Source: an uncultured bacterium
Lineage (GTDB): Bacteria; Planctomycetota; UBA1135; GCA-002686595
Reading direction: 5' to 3'
Assembly (NCBI GenBank): GCA_943787795.1
Contig: CALSNU010000002.1
Span: 416,001-480,000 of the forward strand
Length of the DNA stretch: 64,000 nucleotides
Below the pieces are notes generated by a model. That model was given only the letters and a program-made list of their open reading frames with translations, was not told the DNA's origin and ran no database searches. Made by a program: the position numbers and the translations under genes. Shown here one piece after another: positions 28,919 through 39,338 of the stretch; position 1 is the first letter of the stretch, and each line of letters begins with the position of its first letter.

Positions 28919-29596
28919 ATGAAGATCCTCGTCGTCGAAGACAACCCGAAGATGGCCCGCTCCATCGAGATGACGCTCACCGAGTCGGGGTTCGAGGTGG
29001 AGACCGTTGGCCTGGTCGCCGACGCCCTCGCCCGCGCGGGACAGGAGGCCTACGACCTCTTCCTGCTGGACCTGATGCTGCCCGACGGCGACGGGATCCA
29101 GCTCTGCCAGAGCCTGCGAGGAAGCGGCATCACCTCGCCCATCATGATGCTGACCGCGCTCTCGGGCACGTCGCGCAAGGTCGCTGGCCTCGACTCGGGT
29201 GCCGACGACTACCTGACCAAGCCCTTCGAGGTGGACGAGCTCGTGGCTCGCGTCCGCGCCCTCCTGCGCCGGGGCGGCAGCGCGGACTCCACGCGGCTCA
29301 AACACGGCGACGTGGAGATGGACCTGACCAAGCGCACCGTCCAGCGGGCAGGGGTCAAGGTCGCTGTGACCACCAAGGAGTTCGCCCTCCTCGAATTCCT
29401 CGTCCGTAATTCAGGCGAGACCTTCACCCGCGGCACGATCACCGAGCGCGTGTGGGACATGAGCTACGAGCCGTCGAGCAACGTGGTGGACGTTTACATC
29501 TCCAACCTGCGACGCAAGCTCGACAAGCCCTTCGAGACCAAGCTGATCCACACGGTGGTCGGGACGGGCTACAGGTTTGGCGCCGCGGACGACTGA
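28919..29596 (+). CDS. OmpR-family response regulator
   Basis: ILVVED, LDLMLP, GADDYLTKPF, NVVDVYISNLRRK, TVVGTGY. Confidence 0.95.
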   Translation: MKILVVEDNPKMARSIEMTLTESGFEVETVGLVADALARAGQEAYDLFLLDLMLPDGDGIQLCQSLRGSGITSPIMMLTALSGTSRKVAGLDSGADDYLTKPFEVDELVARVRALLRRGGSADSTRLKHGDVEMDLTKRTVQRAGVKVAVTTKEFALLEFLVRNSGETFTRGTITERVWDMSYEPSSNVVDVYISNLRRKLDKPFETKLIHTVVGTGYRFGAADD

Positions 29597-29597
29597 G

Positions 29598-30839
29598 ATG
29601 GCCGATGAGGAGGCCCCCACCCTCGCCGCGCCCGTGCGACTCTCGCTGCGGGCGCAGCTCACCATCTGGTTCGGGATCAGCTTCGGCGCCGTCCTGGCCA
29701 CGATCGTGGGCGGGATCGTCATGCTCGACCAGGGGCGCCTCTTCGACCCCACTCGAGCGGACTACGACTGGCTGATCCGCCTGGTGGGCATCGGCACCTT
29801 CGCCGCGCTCATCGGCGGAATCCTGGCGGCCTGGGTGATCGGCGGCGTCGCCCTCGAGCCCCTGCGGCGGATCACGGAGACCGCGCGGGCCATGGGCCCC
29901 GAGCGCATCGAGGCGACCCGGGTGGAGATGCCCGAGGTCGGCGTGGAGGTCAACGAGGCGCGCCTCGAGCTCAACCGCGCCCTGGATCGAATCGAGGCCG
30001 GGTATCAGTCCCAGGAGCGCTTCATCTCCAACGTGAGCCACGAGCTCAAGACGCCGATCGCGGTGCTCCTGACCGAGGCGAGGCGCCTCCAGCTCCAGGA
30101 GCGCGGCGCCGAGGAGCTGTCAGCGTTCGTGGGCGACGTCGCAGAGCAGATGGCGCGGCTCGGGAAGATCGTCGAGAGCTTCCTGACCCTCGCGCGCATT
30201 GACTACGAGGAGCGGCTGCGCAAGTTCGAGGACTTCTGGTTCCACGACCTCCTGCTGGAGGCCGTGCGGAGGACCCGCGCCCAGGCCCAGACCCACGAGG
30301 TCCACGTCGACCTCGAGCTCCCCGAGGGCACCGACTACTTCGACCGCCCCAGCTGGGGCGACCCCGAGCTCATATCGTCCGCCGTGGAGAACCTGATCCG
30401 TAACGCCATCCGGTTCGCCCCGGCAGGCTCCAGCGTGCGGGTCTCCCTCGAGTCCGACCCCGCGGTGATCGCCACGGTCGCAGAGGGTGAGCCCGCTGAA
30501 CCCGCCCGCTCAGGTGCGCGAGTCTGTGTCTCCGATGACGGCCCGGGGATGCCCGAGGCCCTGCTCGCCACCGTCTTCGAACCCTTCAAGCAGGCGGACT
30601 CCGAGGAGGGGACCGGGCGGGGCACCGGCCTGGGCCTCGCGATCGCTCACCGCGTGGCGACCCTTCACAAGGGCTCGATCCAGGCCCTCAACCGCCCGTC
30701 CGGCGAGGGTGGCGGTCGAGCAGGCTGCACGGTGGAGGTCGCGCTGCCGTTCCTCTCGGAGCAGGACTGGGGCCCCATGGAAGGGGACCTCGAGGGGGCC
30801 CGACCGACCGCATCCGACGGCCCGCAGGCCGGGTCCTGA
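29598..30839 (+). CDS. Membrane sensor histidine kinase (HAMP-HisKA-HATPase)
   Basis: Two TM helices; FISNVSHELKTP, NLIRNA, DDGPG, GTGLGLAI. Confidence 0.93.
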   Translation: MADEEAPTLAAPVRLSLRAQLTIWFGISFGAVLATIVGGIVMLDQGRLFDPTRADYDWLIRLVGIGTFAALIGGILAAWVIGGVALEPLRRITETARAMGPERIEATRVEMPEVGVEVNEARLELNRALDRIEAGYQSQERFISNVSHELKTPIAVLLTEARRLQLQERGAEELSAFVGDVAEQMARLGKIVESFLTLARIDYEERLRKFEDFWFHDLLLEAVRRTRAQAQTHEVHVDLELPEGTDYFDRPSWGDPELISSAVENLIRNAIRFAPAGSSVRVSLESDPAVIATVAEGEPAEPARSGARVCVSDDGPGMPEALLATVFEPFKQADSEEGTGRGTGLGLAIAHRVATLHKGSIQALNRPSGEGGGRAGCTVEVALPFLSEQDWGPMEGDLEGARPTASDGPQAGS

Positions 30840-30959
30840 CGGCTGCTTCGCAGACCGCGACGACTCCCCCAAGGCGCGTCCGGCGCGGCCTATACTCCTG
30901 AGCAGGTGCGCGCCCCTCGTGCTCCTTCCCGCCCGAGGACCAGCGCAGAAAGCTCGCCC

Positions 30960-31997
30960 ATGAACTCCAGATCCCGATTCCTCGCCGCGTGCCGCCGCGA
31001 GGAGACCGATCGCCCCCCCGCGTGGATGATGCGCCAGGCGGGCCGCTACCTGCCCGAGTACCGGGATGTCCGGAGCACATCCAGCTTCCTGGGCATGGTC
31101 CACGACCCCGCCCGAGCCAGCGAGGTCACGCTCCAGCCCATCCGCCGGTACGGCATGGACGCCGCGGTGATCTTCTGCGACATCCTCGTCCCGCCGGCCG
31201 CCATGGGCCAGGGCGTGGACTTCCTGGAGGGCCAGGGGCCGGTGCTCGAGCCGGCGGTCCGCAGCGCTGAGGACGTCGAGGGCCTCGTGGACTTCACGGC
31301 CACCGACGCCACGGGCTTCCTTGGCGACTCCATCCGCGCCGTCCGCGAGGGCCTCGGAGACGAGCGCGCCATCATCGGCTTCTGCGGCGCCCCGTTCACC
31401 GTGGCGAGCTACATGGTCGAGGGCCGCTCCTCCCGCAACTTCGAGAACACCAAGCAGATGATGCTCGGCGAGCCCGAGACGTTCGACCGGCTCCTCACCC
31501 GCGTCGTCGATAACTCCATCGGCTACCTGGGCATGCAGGTGGAGGCGGGAGCCGACGTCCTCCAGGTCTTTGACTCCTGGGGCGGGACCCTGTCCGCCGA
31601 GGTGTATCGGGAGCGCATCCTCCCCCATGTGGAGCGCCTGGTCTCCGAAGCCCGCGGCTTCGGTGTCCCTGTGATCCTCTACGTGAACGGCTGTCACCAC
31701 CTGCTGGAGGTGATGGCGGACAGCGGCGCTGAGGTGCTCGGCATCGACTGGCGCATCAGCCCGCGCGAGGCCATCGAGCGCGTGGGCGATCGGGTGGCCC
31801 TGCAGGGCAACCTCGACCCCTGCACGTTGTTCGCGCCGCCCGACGTGGTGCGGGCCGAGGCGCGACGCGTCCTCGAGGGATTCAAAGGCCAGCGCGGCTA
31901 CATCTTCAATCTCGGCAGCGGGATCCTCCCCAAGACCCCCCTGGAGAGCGTCCAGGCCCTCTGGGACACCGTCCTCGACGGAGGCCTGGGAGCGTGA
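30960..31997 (+). CDS. hemE: Uroporphyrinogen decarboxylase
   Basis: WMMRQAGRYLPEY, FCDIL, GAPFTVASY, FDSWGG, LQGNLDP. Confidence 0.97.
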   Translation: MNSRSRFLAACRREETDRPPAWMMRQAGRYLPEYRDVRSTSSFLGMVHDPARASEVTLQPIRRYGMDAAVIFCDILVPPAAMGQGVDFLEGQGPVLEPAVRSAEDVEGLVDFTATDATGFLGDSIRAVREGLGDERAIIGFCGAPFTVASYMVEGRSSRNFENTKQMMLGEPETFDRLLTRVVDNSIGYLGMQVEAGADVLQVFDSWGGTLSAEVYRERILPHVERLVSEARGFGVPVILYVNGCHHLLEVMADSGAEVLGIDWRISPREAIERVGDRVALQGNLDPCTLFAPPDVVRAEARRVLEGFKGQRGYIFNLGSGILPKTPLESVQALWDTVLDGGLGA

Positions 31998-33406
31998 GGG
32001 AACGGCTCGAGGTCCCCAAGGAGCTCCTCGCTCGGTACGCGACCTCGGCGCCGCGCTACACGTCCTATCCCACCGCGGTGGACTGGGAGAAGGACCCCGA
32101 GCGGGCGTTCGACCCGACGACCTACGGCGAGCGCCTGGAGGCCGCCGCGGCGGCGCGGCCGGACGAGGCCATCTCGCTCTATACCCACATCCCCTACTGC
32201 GCCGAACTGTGCCTGTTCTGCGGCTGTAACGTCCAGATCTCGCGGTCCGCGGAGCGCCGCGAGCGCTACCTGGAGGCGGTCGAGCACGAGCTTCGGTTCA
32301 TCGAGCAGACCGGGATCCAGCGGCGCGAGGTCAAGCAGTTCCACTGGGGCGGCGGCACCCCCACGAGCCTTGATCCCGACCAGCTGGCGCGCCTGTTCGA
32401 GTCGATCATGGGGCGCTTCCGCATGGCGGAGGGGGCGGAGGTCTCCATCGAGGTCGACCCGCGGGTCACGACGACCGAGCAGATCGAGCGCCTCGCGGCG
32501 CTCGGCTTCAACCGGATCTCCATGGGGGTCCAGGACTTCGAGCCCGACGTCCAGAGCGCGATCAAGCGAGTCCAGTCCGAAGAGATGACGCGCAACGTCA
32601 TCCAGAGCGCCAGGGAGTCAGGGATGGAGTCGGTCAACATCGACCTCATCTACGGCCTCCCCCATCAGACCCGGGACGGCTTCAAGCGGACCGTGGAGAC
32701 CACCCTGGACATCGCTCCGGAGCGCGTGGCGCTGTTCCATTACGCCCACGTCCCCTGGATGAAGAAGCACCAGGCGGCCATGGATACGGACGCCATGCCC
32801 TCCGCGGAGCAGAAGCTGGACCTCTTCGCCGACTCGATCGAGGCCTTCGACGCGGCGGGCTATGTCTACCTGGGCCTGGACCACTTCGCCCTCCCCGAGG
32901 ACGAGCTCAGCGTCGCGGCCGCGGACGGCACCCTGCACCGCAACTTCATGGGCTATACCACCCAGCGGGGCAGGGAGATGGTCTCCCTCGGCGTCTCCTC
33001 CATCGGCGAGGTGGACGGCTGCTACGTCCAGAACATCGCCAACGAGCCGGAGTACGTCCGGGACGTCGCCGAGCGCGGGTTCGCCACCTACCGGGGCCAC
33101 GCCATGACCCCCGAGGACCGCCTGCGCCGGGACATCATCCTTGAGCTCATGTGCAACGGGCGCGTGGACAAGCGTCGTATCGAGACCGAGCACGGCATCG
33201 ACTTCGACGCCACCTTCGCGCTCGAGCTGGGCGAGCTACAGATCCCCGCCGAGGACGGGCTCGTGGAGCTCAGCGCCGACGAGATCAAGCTGACCCCCGT
33301 GGGTCAGGTCCTGATGCGCAACGTCGCTGTCCCCTTCGACCGCTACCTCCGCCAGCGCAAGGCCAGCGGCGAGAGCGGTCAGTCCACGTTTTCCAAGACG
33401 CTCTGA
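31994..33406 (+). CDS. hemN: Oxygen-independent coproporphyrinogen III oxidase
   Basis: PRYTSYPT, HIPYCAELCLFCGC, WGGGTP, LHRNFMGYT. Confidence 0.96.
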   Translation: MRERLEVPKELLARYATSAPRYTSYPTAVDWEKDPERAFDPTTYGERLEAAAAARPDEAISLYTHIPYCAELCLFCGCNVQISRSAERRERYLEAVEHELRFIEQTGIQRREVKQFHWGGGTPTSLDPDQLARLFESIMGRFRMAEGAEVSIEVDPRVTTTEQIERLAALGFNRISMGVQDFEPDVQSAIKRVQSEEMTRNVIQSARESGMESVNIDLIYGLPHQTRDGFKRTVETTLDIAPERVALFHYAHVPWMKKHQAAMDTDAMPSAEQKLDLFADSIEAFDAAGYVYLGLDHFALPEDELSVAAADGTLHRNFMGYTTQRGREMVSLGVSSIGEVDGCYVQNIANEPEYVRDVAERGFATYRGHAMTPEDRLRRDIILELMCNGRVDKRRIETEHGIDFDATFALELGELQIPAEDGLVELSADEIKLTPVGQVLMRNVAVPFDRYLRQRKASGESGQSTFSKTL

Positions 33407-33410
33407 GGCC

Positions 33411-34952
33411 ATGGCGGACGCGAACGTCATCGACAGCGGGTCCATGAACGACGTCATCGTCGTGGGCGCCGGCCTGACCGGGCTCGCCTGCGCGCACGAG
33501 CTCCGCTCCCGGGGCCTCCGGGTCCTCGTCCTTGAGGCCACACGCCGCGCCGGCGGCGTCGTCGGCACCGGTGAGCGGAACGGGTTCCTCTTCGAGAGCG
33601 GGCCCAACACGGTCCCCGCGGGCGCCCGCCATGTACGAGAGGCCGCCGGCAAGCTCGGCCTTGGTGACAAGCTGATCACCTCCAACGCGGCGGCCAAGCG
33701 GCGCTACCTCTTCAAGGACGGAGGGCTGCACGCGCTCCCGGGCTCACCCTCCGCCCTGCTCCGCACCCCGCTCCTCTCCGCGCGCGCCAAGCTCAAGGTC
33801 CTCTCCGAGCCGCTGCGCCGCTTCCGACCCGAGCCCCAGGCGCCCGAACCGACCTTCGAGGCGTTCCTCACCGAGCGCATCGGCCGGGAGGCCACACGCA
33901 CCCTCGCGGGGGCCTTCGTCCGGGGCGTGTATGCCGCCGAGATTGAAGAGCTCGGCGCGCGCAGCGCGTTCCCTCGCATGCACGCCATGTGCAGCGAGAG
34001 CGGCGGGCTGATCCGGGGCCTCCTCCGCAGGCGTCGCGAGGCTCGCCGAGCCCGGCGGCGAGGGGACGCTCCCCCCCCCGGACCGCGCACCTCGTCCACG
34101 GACCTGATCTCATTCCAGGGTGGCTTCGGGACGCTCATCGACGGATATCGTCGCGCCCTCGAGGGCTCCCTCTCCCTGACCACTCCCGTGGTGGAAATCG
34201 ACCGCGGCCCCGGTGGCTGGCGGGCGATTCTGGAGAGCGGCGAGTCCCTGGCCTGCCGCGACCTCGTGCTCGCCACGCCTGCGCCGGCGGCGTACCCGCT
34301 GATCGCGCTCTGCGCACCGGAGCGCCTCGACCTCGACGCCCTCCTGAACCTCCAGCACGCGGCGGTCACCGCCGTGCACCTCGGCCTCGAGAACGTGGAG
34401 CTACCGCCGGGCTTCGGCTTCCTCGTGCCGCCCGATGAGCAGGCGCGCCGCGACCCGCGCACCCCGGGGGTCCTCGGGACGCTGTTCACCTCACGGATCT
34501 TCGACGGGCGCGCCCCCTCCGGGACCTCCTCGATCACGTCCATGTTCCGCGGCGGCGACGTCGCGGATCTGGTCGGAGATGAGCTCGTGGACCGAACCCT
34601 CGTCGAGCTGGAGCGTGCCCTCGCCGGCTACCGCAGGACGCACCCTGGCGACCTCACCCCGACCGGGGCCCCTCGAGTCGTCGCCTCCCTGGTCCAGCGC
34701 TGGACCAACGTCATCCCGCGCTACGCTCCCGGCCACGACCGCCGCATGGAGCAGCTCGTCGCCGGCTGCGCGCGGCACCTGCCCGGCCTGCACCTCGCCG
34801 GTAGCTACCTCGGAGGCGTGTCGGTCGACGATCGAATCCGGGTCGGGATCAACGTGGCCAACGACGCCGCGGCGCGCCTCTCGCACGTGACCGGGCGCCC
34901 ACGCGAGGCAGCCTCGGCCGCACCGCCGCCCACGCGAGGAGAGGTCTCGTGA
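33411..34952 (+). CDS. hemG: Protoporphyrinogen/coproporphyrinogen oxidase (HemY-type FAD enzyme)
   Basis: VVGAGLTGL, FESGPN, GFGFLVP, IPRY..GH; hem operon context. Confidence 0.9.
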   Translation: MADANVIDSGSMNDVIVVGAGLTGLACAHELRSRGLRVLVLEATRRAGGVVGTGERNGFLFESGPNTVPAGARHVREAAGKLGLGDKLITSNAAAKRRYLFKDGGLHALPGSPSALLRTPLLSARAKLKVLSEPLRRFRPEPQAPEPTFEAFLTERIGREATRTLAGAFVRGVYAAEIEELGARSAFPRMHAMCSESGGLIRGLLRRRREARRARRRGDAPPPGPRTSSTDLISFQGGFGTLIDGYRRALEGSLSLTTPVVEIDRGPGGWRAILESGESLACRDLVLATPAPAAYPLIALCAPERLDLDALLNLQHAAVTAVHLGLENVELPPGFGFLVPPDEQARRDPRTPGVLGTLFTSRIFDGRAPSGTSSITSMFRGGDVADLVGDELVDRTLVELERALAGYRRTHPGDLTPTGAPRVVASLVQRWTNVIPRYAPGHDRRMEQLVAGCARHLPGLHLAGSYLGGVSVDDRIRVGINVANDAAARLSHVTGRPREAASAAPPPTRGEVS

Positions 34953-35785
34953 ATCAAGAGCTCATCCAGGCCCTCAGCGTCGCCCTCCCGAGCCTCTATC
35001 TCTTCCTGGGCGTCCTCTACGGAATGTCCTTCGCAGGAGACCGAGAGCCGCCGATTCACCGCGCCCGCAAGGCGTTGATGCTGTCGACGATCGCGCTGCA
35101 CGCCGGCCTCTTCGCCCTGCTGGGCGATGCGTCCGGCGGGTTCCCGCGCCTCGATGTGTGGCTCTCGTTCTCGGCCGTCTGCCTCGGCATGGTGTCGCTC
35201 TTCTCCCTCGTCACCCTCCGGAATCAGCAGCCCACCGTCGCGGCGATCGTCTTCATCGCCGCCTTCCTGCTCCAGCTCTCTGCGAGCATGTTCGGCCCGC
35301 TGCGCGCGCTCACCGAGCGCGGCCCCTCCACGATCAGCACGATCATGCACGTGCTCACTGTGGTCCTCGCCAGCGCGGCGGTGATGCTCTCGGGGCTGTA
35401 CGGCTTCCTCTACCTGCTGCTGTTCCGCCAGATGCGGCGGCAGACCTTCGGCGCGCTCTTCCGCCAGCTCCCCGACCTCCGCCAGCTGGCGGTCATGACG
35501 CGCCTCTCCGCGCTGACGGGCTTCCTGGGCCTCCTGCTCGGGGTCAACGTCGGCATCGCCATGGCCCACAGCCGGGGCATCGAGGGGTTCGGCTACACCG
35601 ACTCGTTCGTGTTGAGCATGTTCGCGATCTGCCTCCACTTCGGGCTCATCGCGTTCTCCAAGCGCATCCCCGGGATCACCGCGAATCGGGCGAGCTGGGC
35701 GGCCGTAGGCGGGCTGATACTCCTCCTCGGTGCGCTGGTCGCGTCCGCGCTCATCCCCGAGGCGTCGTTCCACTCCCTCGACTGA
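34949..35785 (+). CDS. CcsA/HemX-like cytochrome c assembly family membrane protein
   Basis: About 8 TM helices, conserved His (MHV), F..LPDL..L motif; directly before hemA. Confidence 0.75.
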   Translation: MNQELIQALSVALPSLYLFLGVLYGMSFAGDREPPIHRARKALMLSTIALHAGLFALLGDASGGFPRLDVWLSFSAVCLGMVSLFSLVTLRNQQPTVAAIVFIAAFLLQLSASMFGPLRALTERGPSTISTIMHVLTVVLASAAVMLSGLYGFLYLLLFRQMRRQTFGALFRQLPDLRQLAVMTRLSALTGFLGLLLGVNVGIAMAHSRGIEGFGYTDSFVLSMFAICLHFGLIAFSKRIPGITANRASWAAVGGLILLLGALVASALIPEASFHSLD

Positions 35786-35788
35786 GCC

Positions 35789-37039
35789 ATGCACTCGATC
35801 GACGACCTCGTCCTGGTGGGAATGTCCCAGCGGACCGCTCCGGTGGCGGTGCGGGAGCGGTACGCCGTCAGCGAGGAGGACGCACGGGCGCTGCTCCAGC
35901 AGCTCAGCCAGGGCGGGCTCGTGGAGGAGGGCGTGGTCCTGTCCACCTGCAACCGCACCGAGATCCTCGCCTCCACCACCGACGGCACCCAGGGGGCAGC
36001 GACGCTCCGCGGGGCGCTGTTCAGGAACGCCGAGGAGCGTCACGTCTACGGCTTCCGCGGGGTCGAGGCGATCATGCACCTCTTTCGCGTCGCCTCGGGG
36101 CTCGACAGCCTGGTGCTCGGAGAGACTGAGATCCTCGGACAGCTGAAGCGCAGCCTCGAGGCGGGGCTCACCGGTAAGAAGCTGACGCCCCTCTACGAGC
36201 AGGCCATCACCGTGGGCAAGCGCGTCCGCCGCGAGACGTCGATCGGTGAGGGGAGCCTCTCGGTCGCGCGGGTGGGGCTCGAGGTGGCCTCACGCGCCGT
36301 GGGCCGCTTTGAGGAGCGGCGGGCGGTGGTCGTCGGGGCAGGCGAGACCGGCCTGCTCGTGGCGCGCAACCTGACCGCCGCCGGCATCGGGCACCTGCGC
36401 CTCATGAACCGCACCCCAGAGCGATCCGCGGAGGCCGCCCTGGAGCTCGGTGACAGGGTGGATTCCGCCGGGCTGGAGCGCCTGCCCGAGGAGTTCGAGG
36501 CCGCCGACCTCGCGGTCGTCTGCGTGGACGGTTCGGAGCCCCTGGTGAGCGCAGCGGACCTGAATCAGAAGGCCCTGGCGAAGCGAGACCAGCCCCTGGT
36601 CGTCCTCGACCTGTCGGTCCCCCGCTCGGTCGCGCCGGATGTGGCGGGCCTGGACGGCGTGATCGTCTACGACCTTGACGCGCTGCTGCCCGTGATCGAG
36701 GAGCACCGGGCGGGCCGCCAGGCCGCCGCCGAGGAGGTCACGCCCATCCTGATCGGCGAGGTCCACAAGTTCCTCAGCCTGCGCACCTTCGCGGCGTTCA
36801 CGCCAGCCATCGAGGAGCTGAAGAGCGGCTTCGCCGAGGAACGCGAGCTGCTCCTCGATCGCGTCACGAAGGGCCAGGCCACCGCGCGCGAGCTGGAGCT
36901 GGCGCACGCCATGGAGCGGCAGCTCCTGCACCTCGCCCTCTCCCAACTCAAGGAGAGTGCCAGGCAGACCCAGTCCACCGCTGCCCTCGAGCGCGCCTAC
37001 CTGCGCTTCGTTGACGGGCTCCCCGGCGACGTGAGCTGA
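35789..37039 (+). CDS. hemA: Glutamyl-tRNA reductase
   Basis: TAPVAVRE, LSTCNRTE, HLFRVASGLDSLVLGE, GAGETG, DLSVPR. Confidence 0.95.
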   Translation: MHSIDDLVLVGMSQRTAPVAVRERYAVSEEDARALLQQLSQGGLVEEGVVLSTCNRTEILASTTDGTQGAATLRGALFRNAEERHVYGFRGVEAIMHLFRVASGLDSLVLGETEILGQLKRSLEAGLTGKKLTPLYEQAITVGKRVRRETSIGEGSLSVARVGLEVASRAVGRFEERRAVVVGAGETGLLVARNLTAAGIGHLRLMNRTPERSAEAALELGDRVDSAGLERLPEEFEAADLAVVCVDGSEPLVSAADLNQKALAKRDQPLVVLDLSVPRSVAPDVAGLDGVIVYDLDALLPVIEEHRAGRQAAAEEVTPILIGEVHKFLSLRTFAAFTPAIEELKSGFAEERELLLDRVTKGQATARELELAHAMERQLLHLALSQLKESARQTQSTAALERAYLRFVDGLPGDVS

Positions 37040-37263
37040 GCGCCCGCGGCCCCCGCCAGGCCGATCGCAAGGGGCCTCTTCGAGCCCTGCTTCCACGCTC
37101 CGCTCGGGTGGTCCCGTGCGCGCCCGTTCAGCGCCGCTGTTCAGGCCACCCCGCGGAGGAGATCCAGGCGCGTTGGGCATGACCCCCCTGGTTCTCTGCT
37201 CGGCGGATCCGAGCCGGCGGCTTCTCAAGGGCAGGGTTCGTCCGGTGCGCGTATCTTCGGGGA

Positions 37264-38298
37264 ATGCCCAGCAGCTCCTGGATCAAGAGACTCGCGCCCG
37301 CGGCGGGGTGCCTCGCCGTCGCCCTCGTGTCCACCGCCGTGGCCCGGGTCGAACCCCAGGACCGTGACGGCATCGCCGAGCGTATGGCTCGAGCCGCCCA
37401 GTCGATGCTCGCGGCGCTCCCGGACAAGCTGAGCAGCAACGCGAGAGCTGCCCACGGGGACCCGGAGCGGACCCAGTGGGCCTTCGGCCCCGTCCAGCGC
37501 GAAGGGCTCGCCATCGGCGCGCTTGACGAGGATCAGGTCGCGGCGCTCGAGGAGCTCCTGGACACGGCCCTCTCCACCGATGGCATGACCATGTGGCGGC
37601 AGGTCAGGCGCCTGGAGACGGAACTCCGACGACTCGAGTCCACGCCGGAGAAGGTCGCGACCCACCGCGACCCGGACCTCTACTGGCTCCGGGTGTACGG
37701 TGAGCCTGGCCCCGAGCAGCGGTGGTCCTGGCGCTTCGAGGGCCACCACCTCGCGCTCCATGTGGACTGCCGCGCCGGGCGCACGCCGAGCGTCACCCCC
37801 TTCTTCGTAGGGGCACGTCCCGTGCTCGCGGTCCCCAACTCAGCAGACCCCGAGGCCAGCGCCCCGAGGTCGACGGTCGACGTCTTCGGGGCCCTCAATG
37901 AGGACTATCGCTCTGCCCTTGAGGGCGGAGGCGACGCGCTCCCCGAGTCCGAGCAGCCCCGTCCCAGGGACATCCGGATGGGGCCTGGCAGCGACTCGTT
38001 GCCTGGGGAGGACGGCGTGCGGTTCGCCGACCTCAAGCCAGAGGTGCGCGAGGGCATCGCGGCCCTCATGAGCACCTACCTTGAGCTGCTCGACGAGCCG
38101 CTGCGCGTCCCCTACAGCTTCGACCCCCAGCGAGCCGGCGCCGTGCGCTTCATGCGCTGGGGGGGGAGCGACCTCGATGGGCCCAGGGCATGGACCCTGC
38201 TCACCCCGAGGTTCGCGCTCGAGCTCTTCACGACCGATGGGCCCAACCACGTCCACGCGGTCCTCCGCGACGTCGACCGGGACTTCGGCGGCGAGTAG
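37264..38298 (+). CDS. DUF3500 domain secreted protein
   Basis: Signal peptide; WSWRFEGHHL, TPFFVGA, NHVHAVLRD..RDFG. Confidence 0.85.
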   Translation: MPSSSWIKRLAPAAGCLAVALVSTAVARVEPQDRDGIAERMARAAQSMLAALPDKLSSNARAAHGDPERTQWAFGPVQREGLAIGALDEDQVAALEELLDTALSTDGMTMWRQVRRLETELRRLESTPEKVATHRDPDLYWLRVYGEPGPEQRWSWRFEGHHLALHVDCRAGRTPSVTPFFVGARPVLAVPNSADPEASAPRSTVDVFGALNEDYRSALEGGGDALPESEQPRPRDIRMGPGSDSLPGEDGVRFADLKPEVREGIAALMSTYLELLDEPLRVPYSFDPQRAGAVRFMRWGGSDLDGPRAWTLLTPRFALELFTTDGPNHVHAVLRDVDRDFGGE

Positions 38299-38309
38299 CA
38301 GGGCTTCGC

Positions 38310-38372
38310 GTCCGACCTCAGGACCCCGCTGTCCGATCTCAAGATCCCGCCGTCCGGCCTCAACTCCCAGGC
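38310..38372. repeat. Three imperfect 21-bp tandem repeats
   Basis: gtccgacctcaggaccccgct / gtccgatctcaagatcccgcc / gtccggcctcaactcccaggc. Confidence 0.6.
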
Positions 38373-38429
38373 CGCCGCCCACAACCCTCGGCCAAGATCC
38401 CCGGCCACCGGCTCCGGCCAAAGCTCTCC

Positions 38430-39338
38430 ATGCACCTTGCCACCCGAGGCAGCCAGCTCGCGCTCTGGCAAGCCCATACCACCCAGGCGATCCTCGGCGA
38501 AGAGCACGAGCTCCTGATCGTGAAGTCCTCCGGAGACCTTGACCGGGAGACCGAGCTCGCGCGGTTTGGGAGCATCGGCATCTTCACGGCCGAGGTGGAC
38601 CGGGCCGTCCTCGACGGCCGCGCCTCCATCGGCGTCCACAGCATGAAGGACATGACCACGACCCTTCAGGACGGCGTCGTGCTCGCGGGCTGCCTACCTC
38701 GAGGCCTCGTGGAAGACGCGTTGATCTCCAGGGACGGCGCGCTCCTCGGCGACCTCGCTGAGGGGAGCCGCGTGGGAACGGGCTCGCTACGCCGGGGCTC
38801 GATGCTGCGCGCCGCGCGAGGCGACCTCGAGGTCGTCCCCCAGCGCGGGAACGTGAATACGCGCCTGAACCAGGTCCTCGATGGGGACCTCGACGCCTGC
38901 CTGCTCGCGCGGGCCGGCCTGGATCGCCTCGGCCTCGCGAGTCACATCAGCGAGGTGCTCAGCGTCGAGCGCTTCCTCCCGGCCGTTGGTCAGGGGATCG
39001 TCGGGATCACGTGCCGTGAAGAGGACAGCGAGGCTCGCGCGGTCCTGGAGGAGAAGCTCCGGGACCCCGACGCCTGGGCGGCCGCGCTCGCGGAACGCGC
39101 CTTCCTCCGCGGCACGAACGGCGGCTGCAACGCCCCCATCGCCGGCCACGCCACCATCGATGCGGGGGAGCTCCACCTGCGCGGGAGAGTGCTCTCCGTC
39201 GACGGTGCCAGGCGCCTCGAGGGCGAGGTTCGCGGGCCAATGGACCGCGCCGAGGAGCTCGGCGCCACGCTCGCCGAGGAGCTGCTGTCCAAGGGCGCCG
39301 GGGCGCTGGTCGAAGAGGCCCGCCGGCTGACCTCATGA
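38430..39338 (+). CDS. hemC: Hydroxymethylbilane synthase
   Basis: ATRGSQLALWQA, VHSMKD, GTGSLRR, RGNVNTRL, PAVGQG, GGCNAP. Confidence 0.96.
   Translation: MHLATRGSQLALWQAHTTQAILGEEHELLIVKSSGDLDRETELARFGSIGIFTAEVDRAVLDGRASIGVHSMKDMTTTLQDGVVLAGCLPRGLVEDALISRDGALLGDLAEGSRVGTGSLRRGSMLRAARGDLEVVPQRGNVNTRLNQVLDGDLDACLLARAGLDRLGLASHISEVLSVERFLPAVGQGIVGITCREEDSEARAVLEEKLRDPDAWAAALAERAFLRGTNGGCNAPIAGHATIDAGELHLRGRVLSVDGARRLEGEVRGPMDRAEELGATLAEELLSKGAGALVEEARRLTS

Noticed and set aside
2044..38372. Repeat clusters at 2044, 15537 and 38310 as CRISPR arrays
   Set aside because: Units are adjacent with no unique spacers, too short, and no cas genes are present
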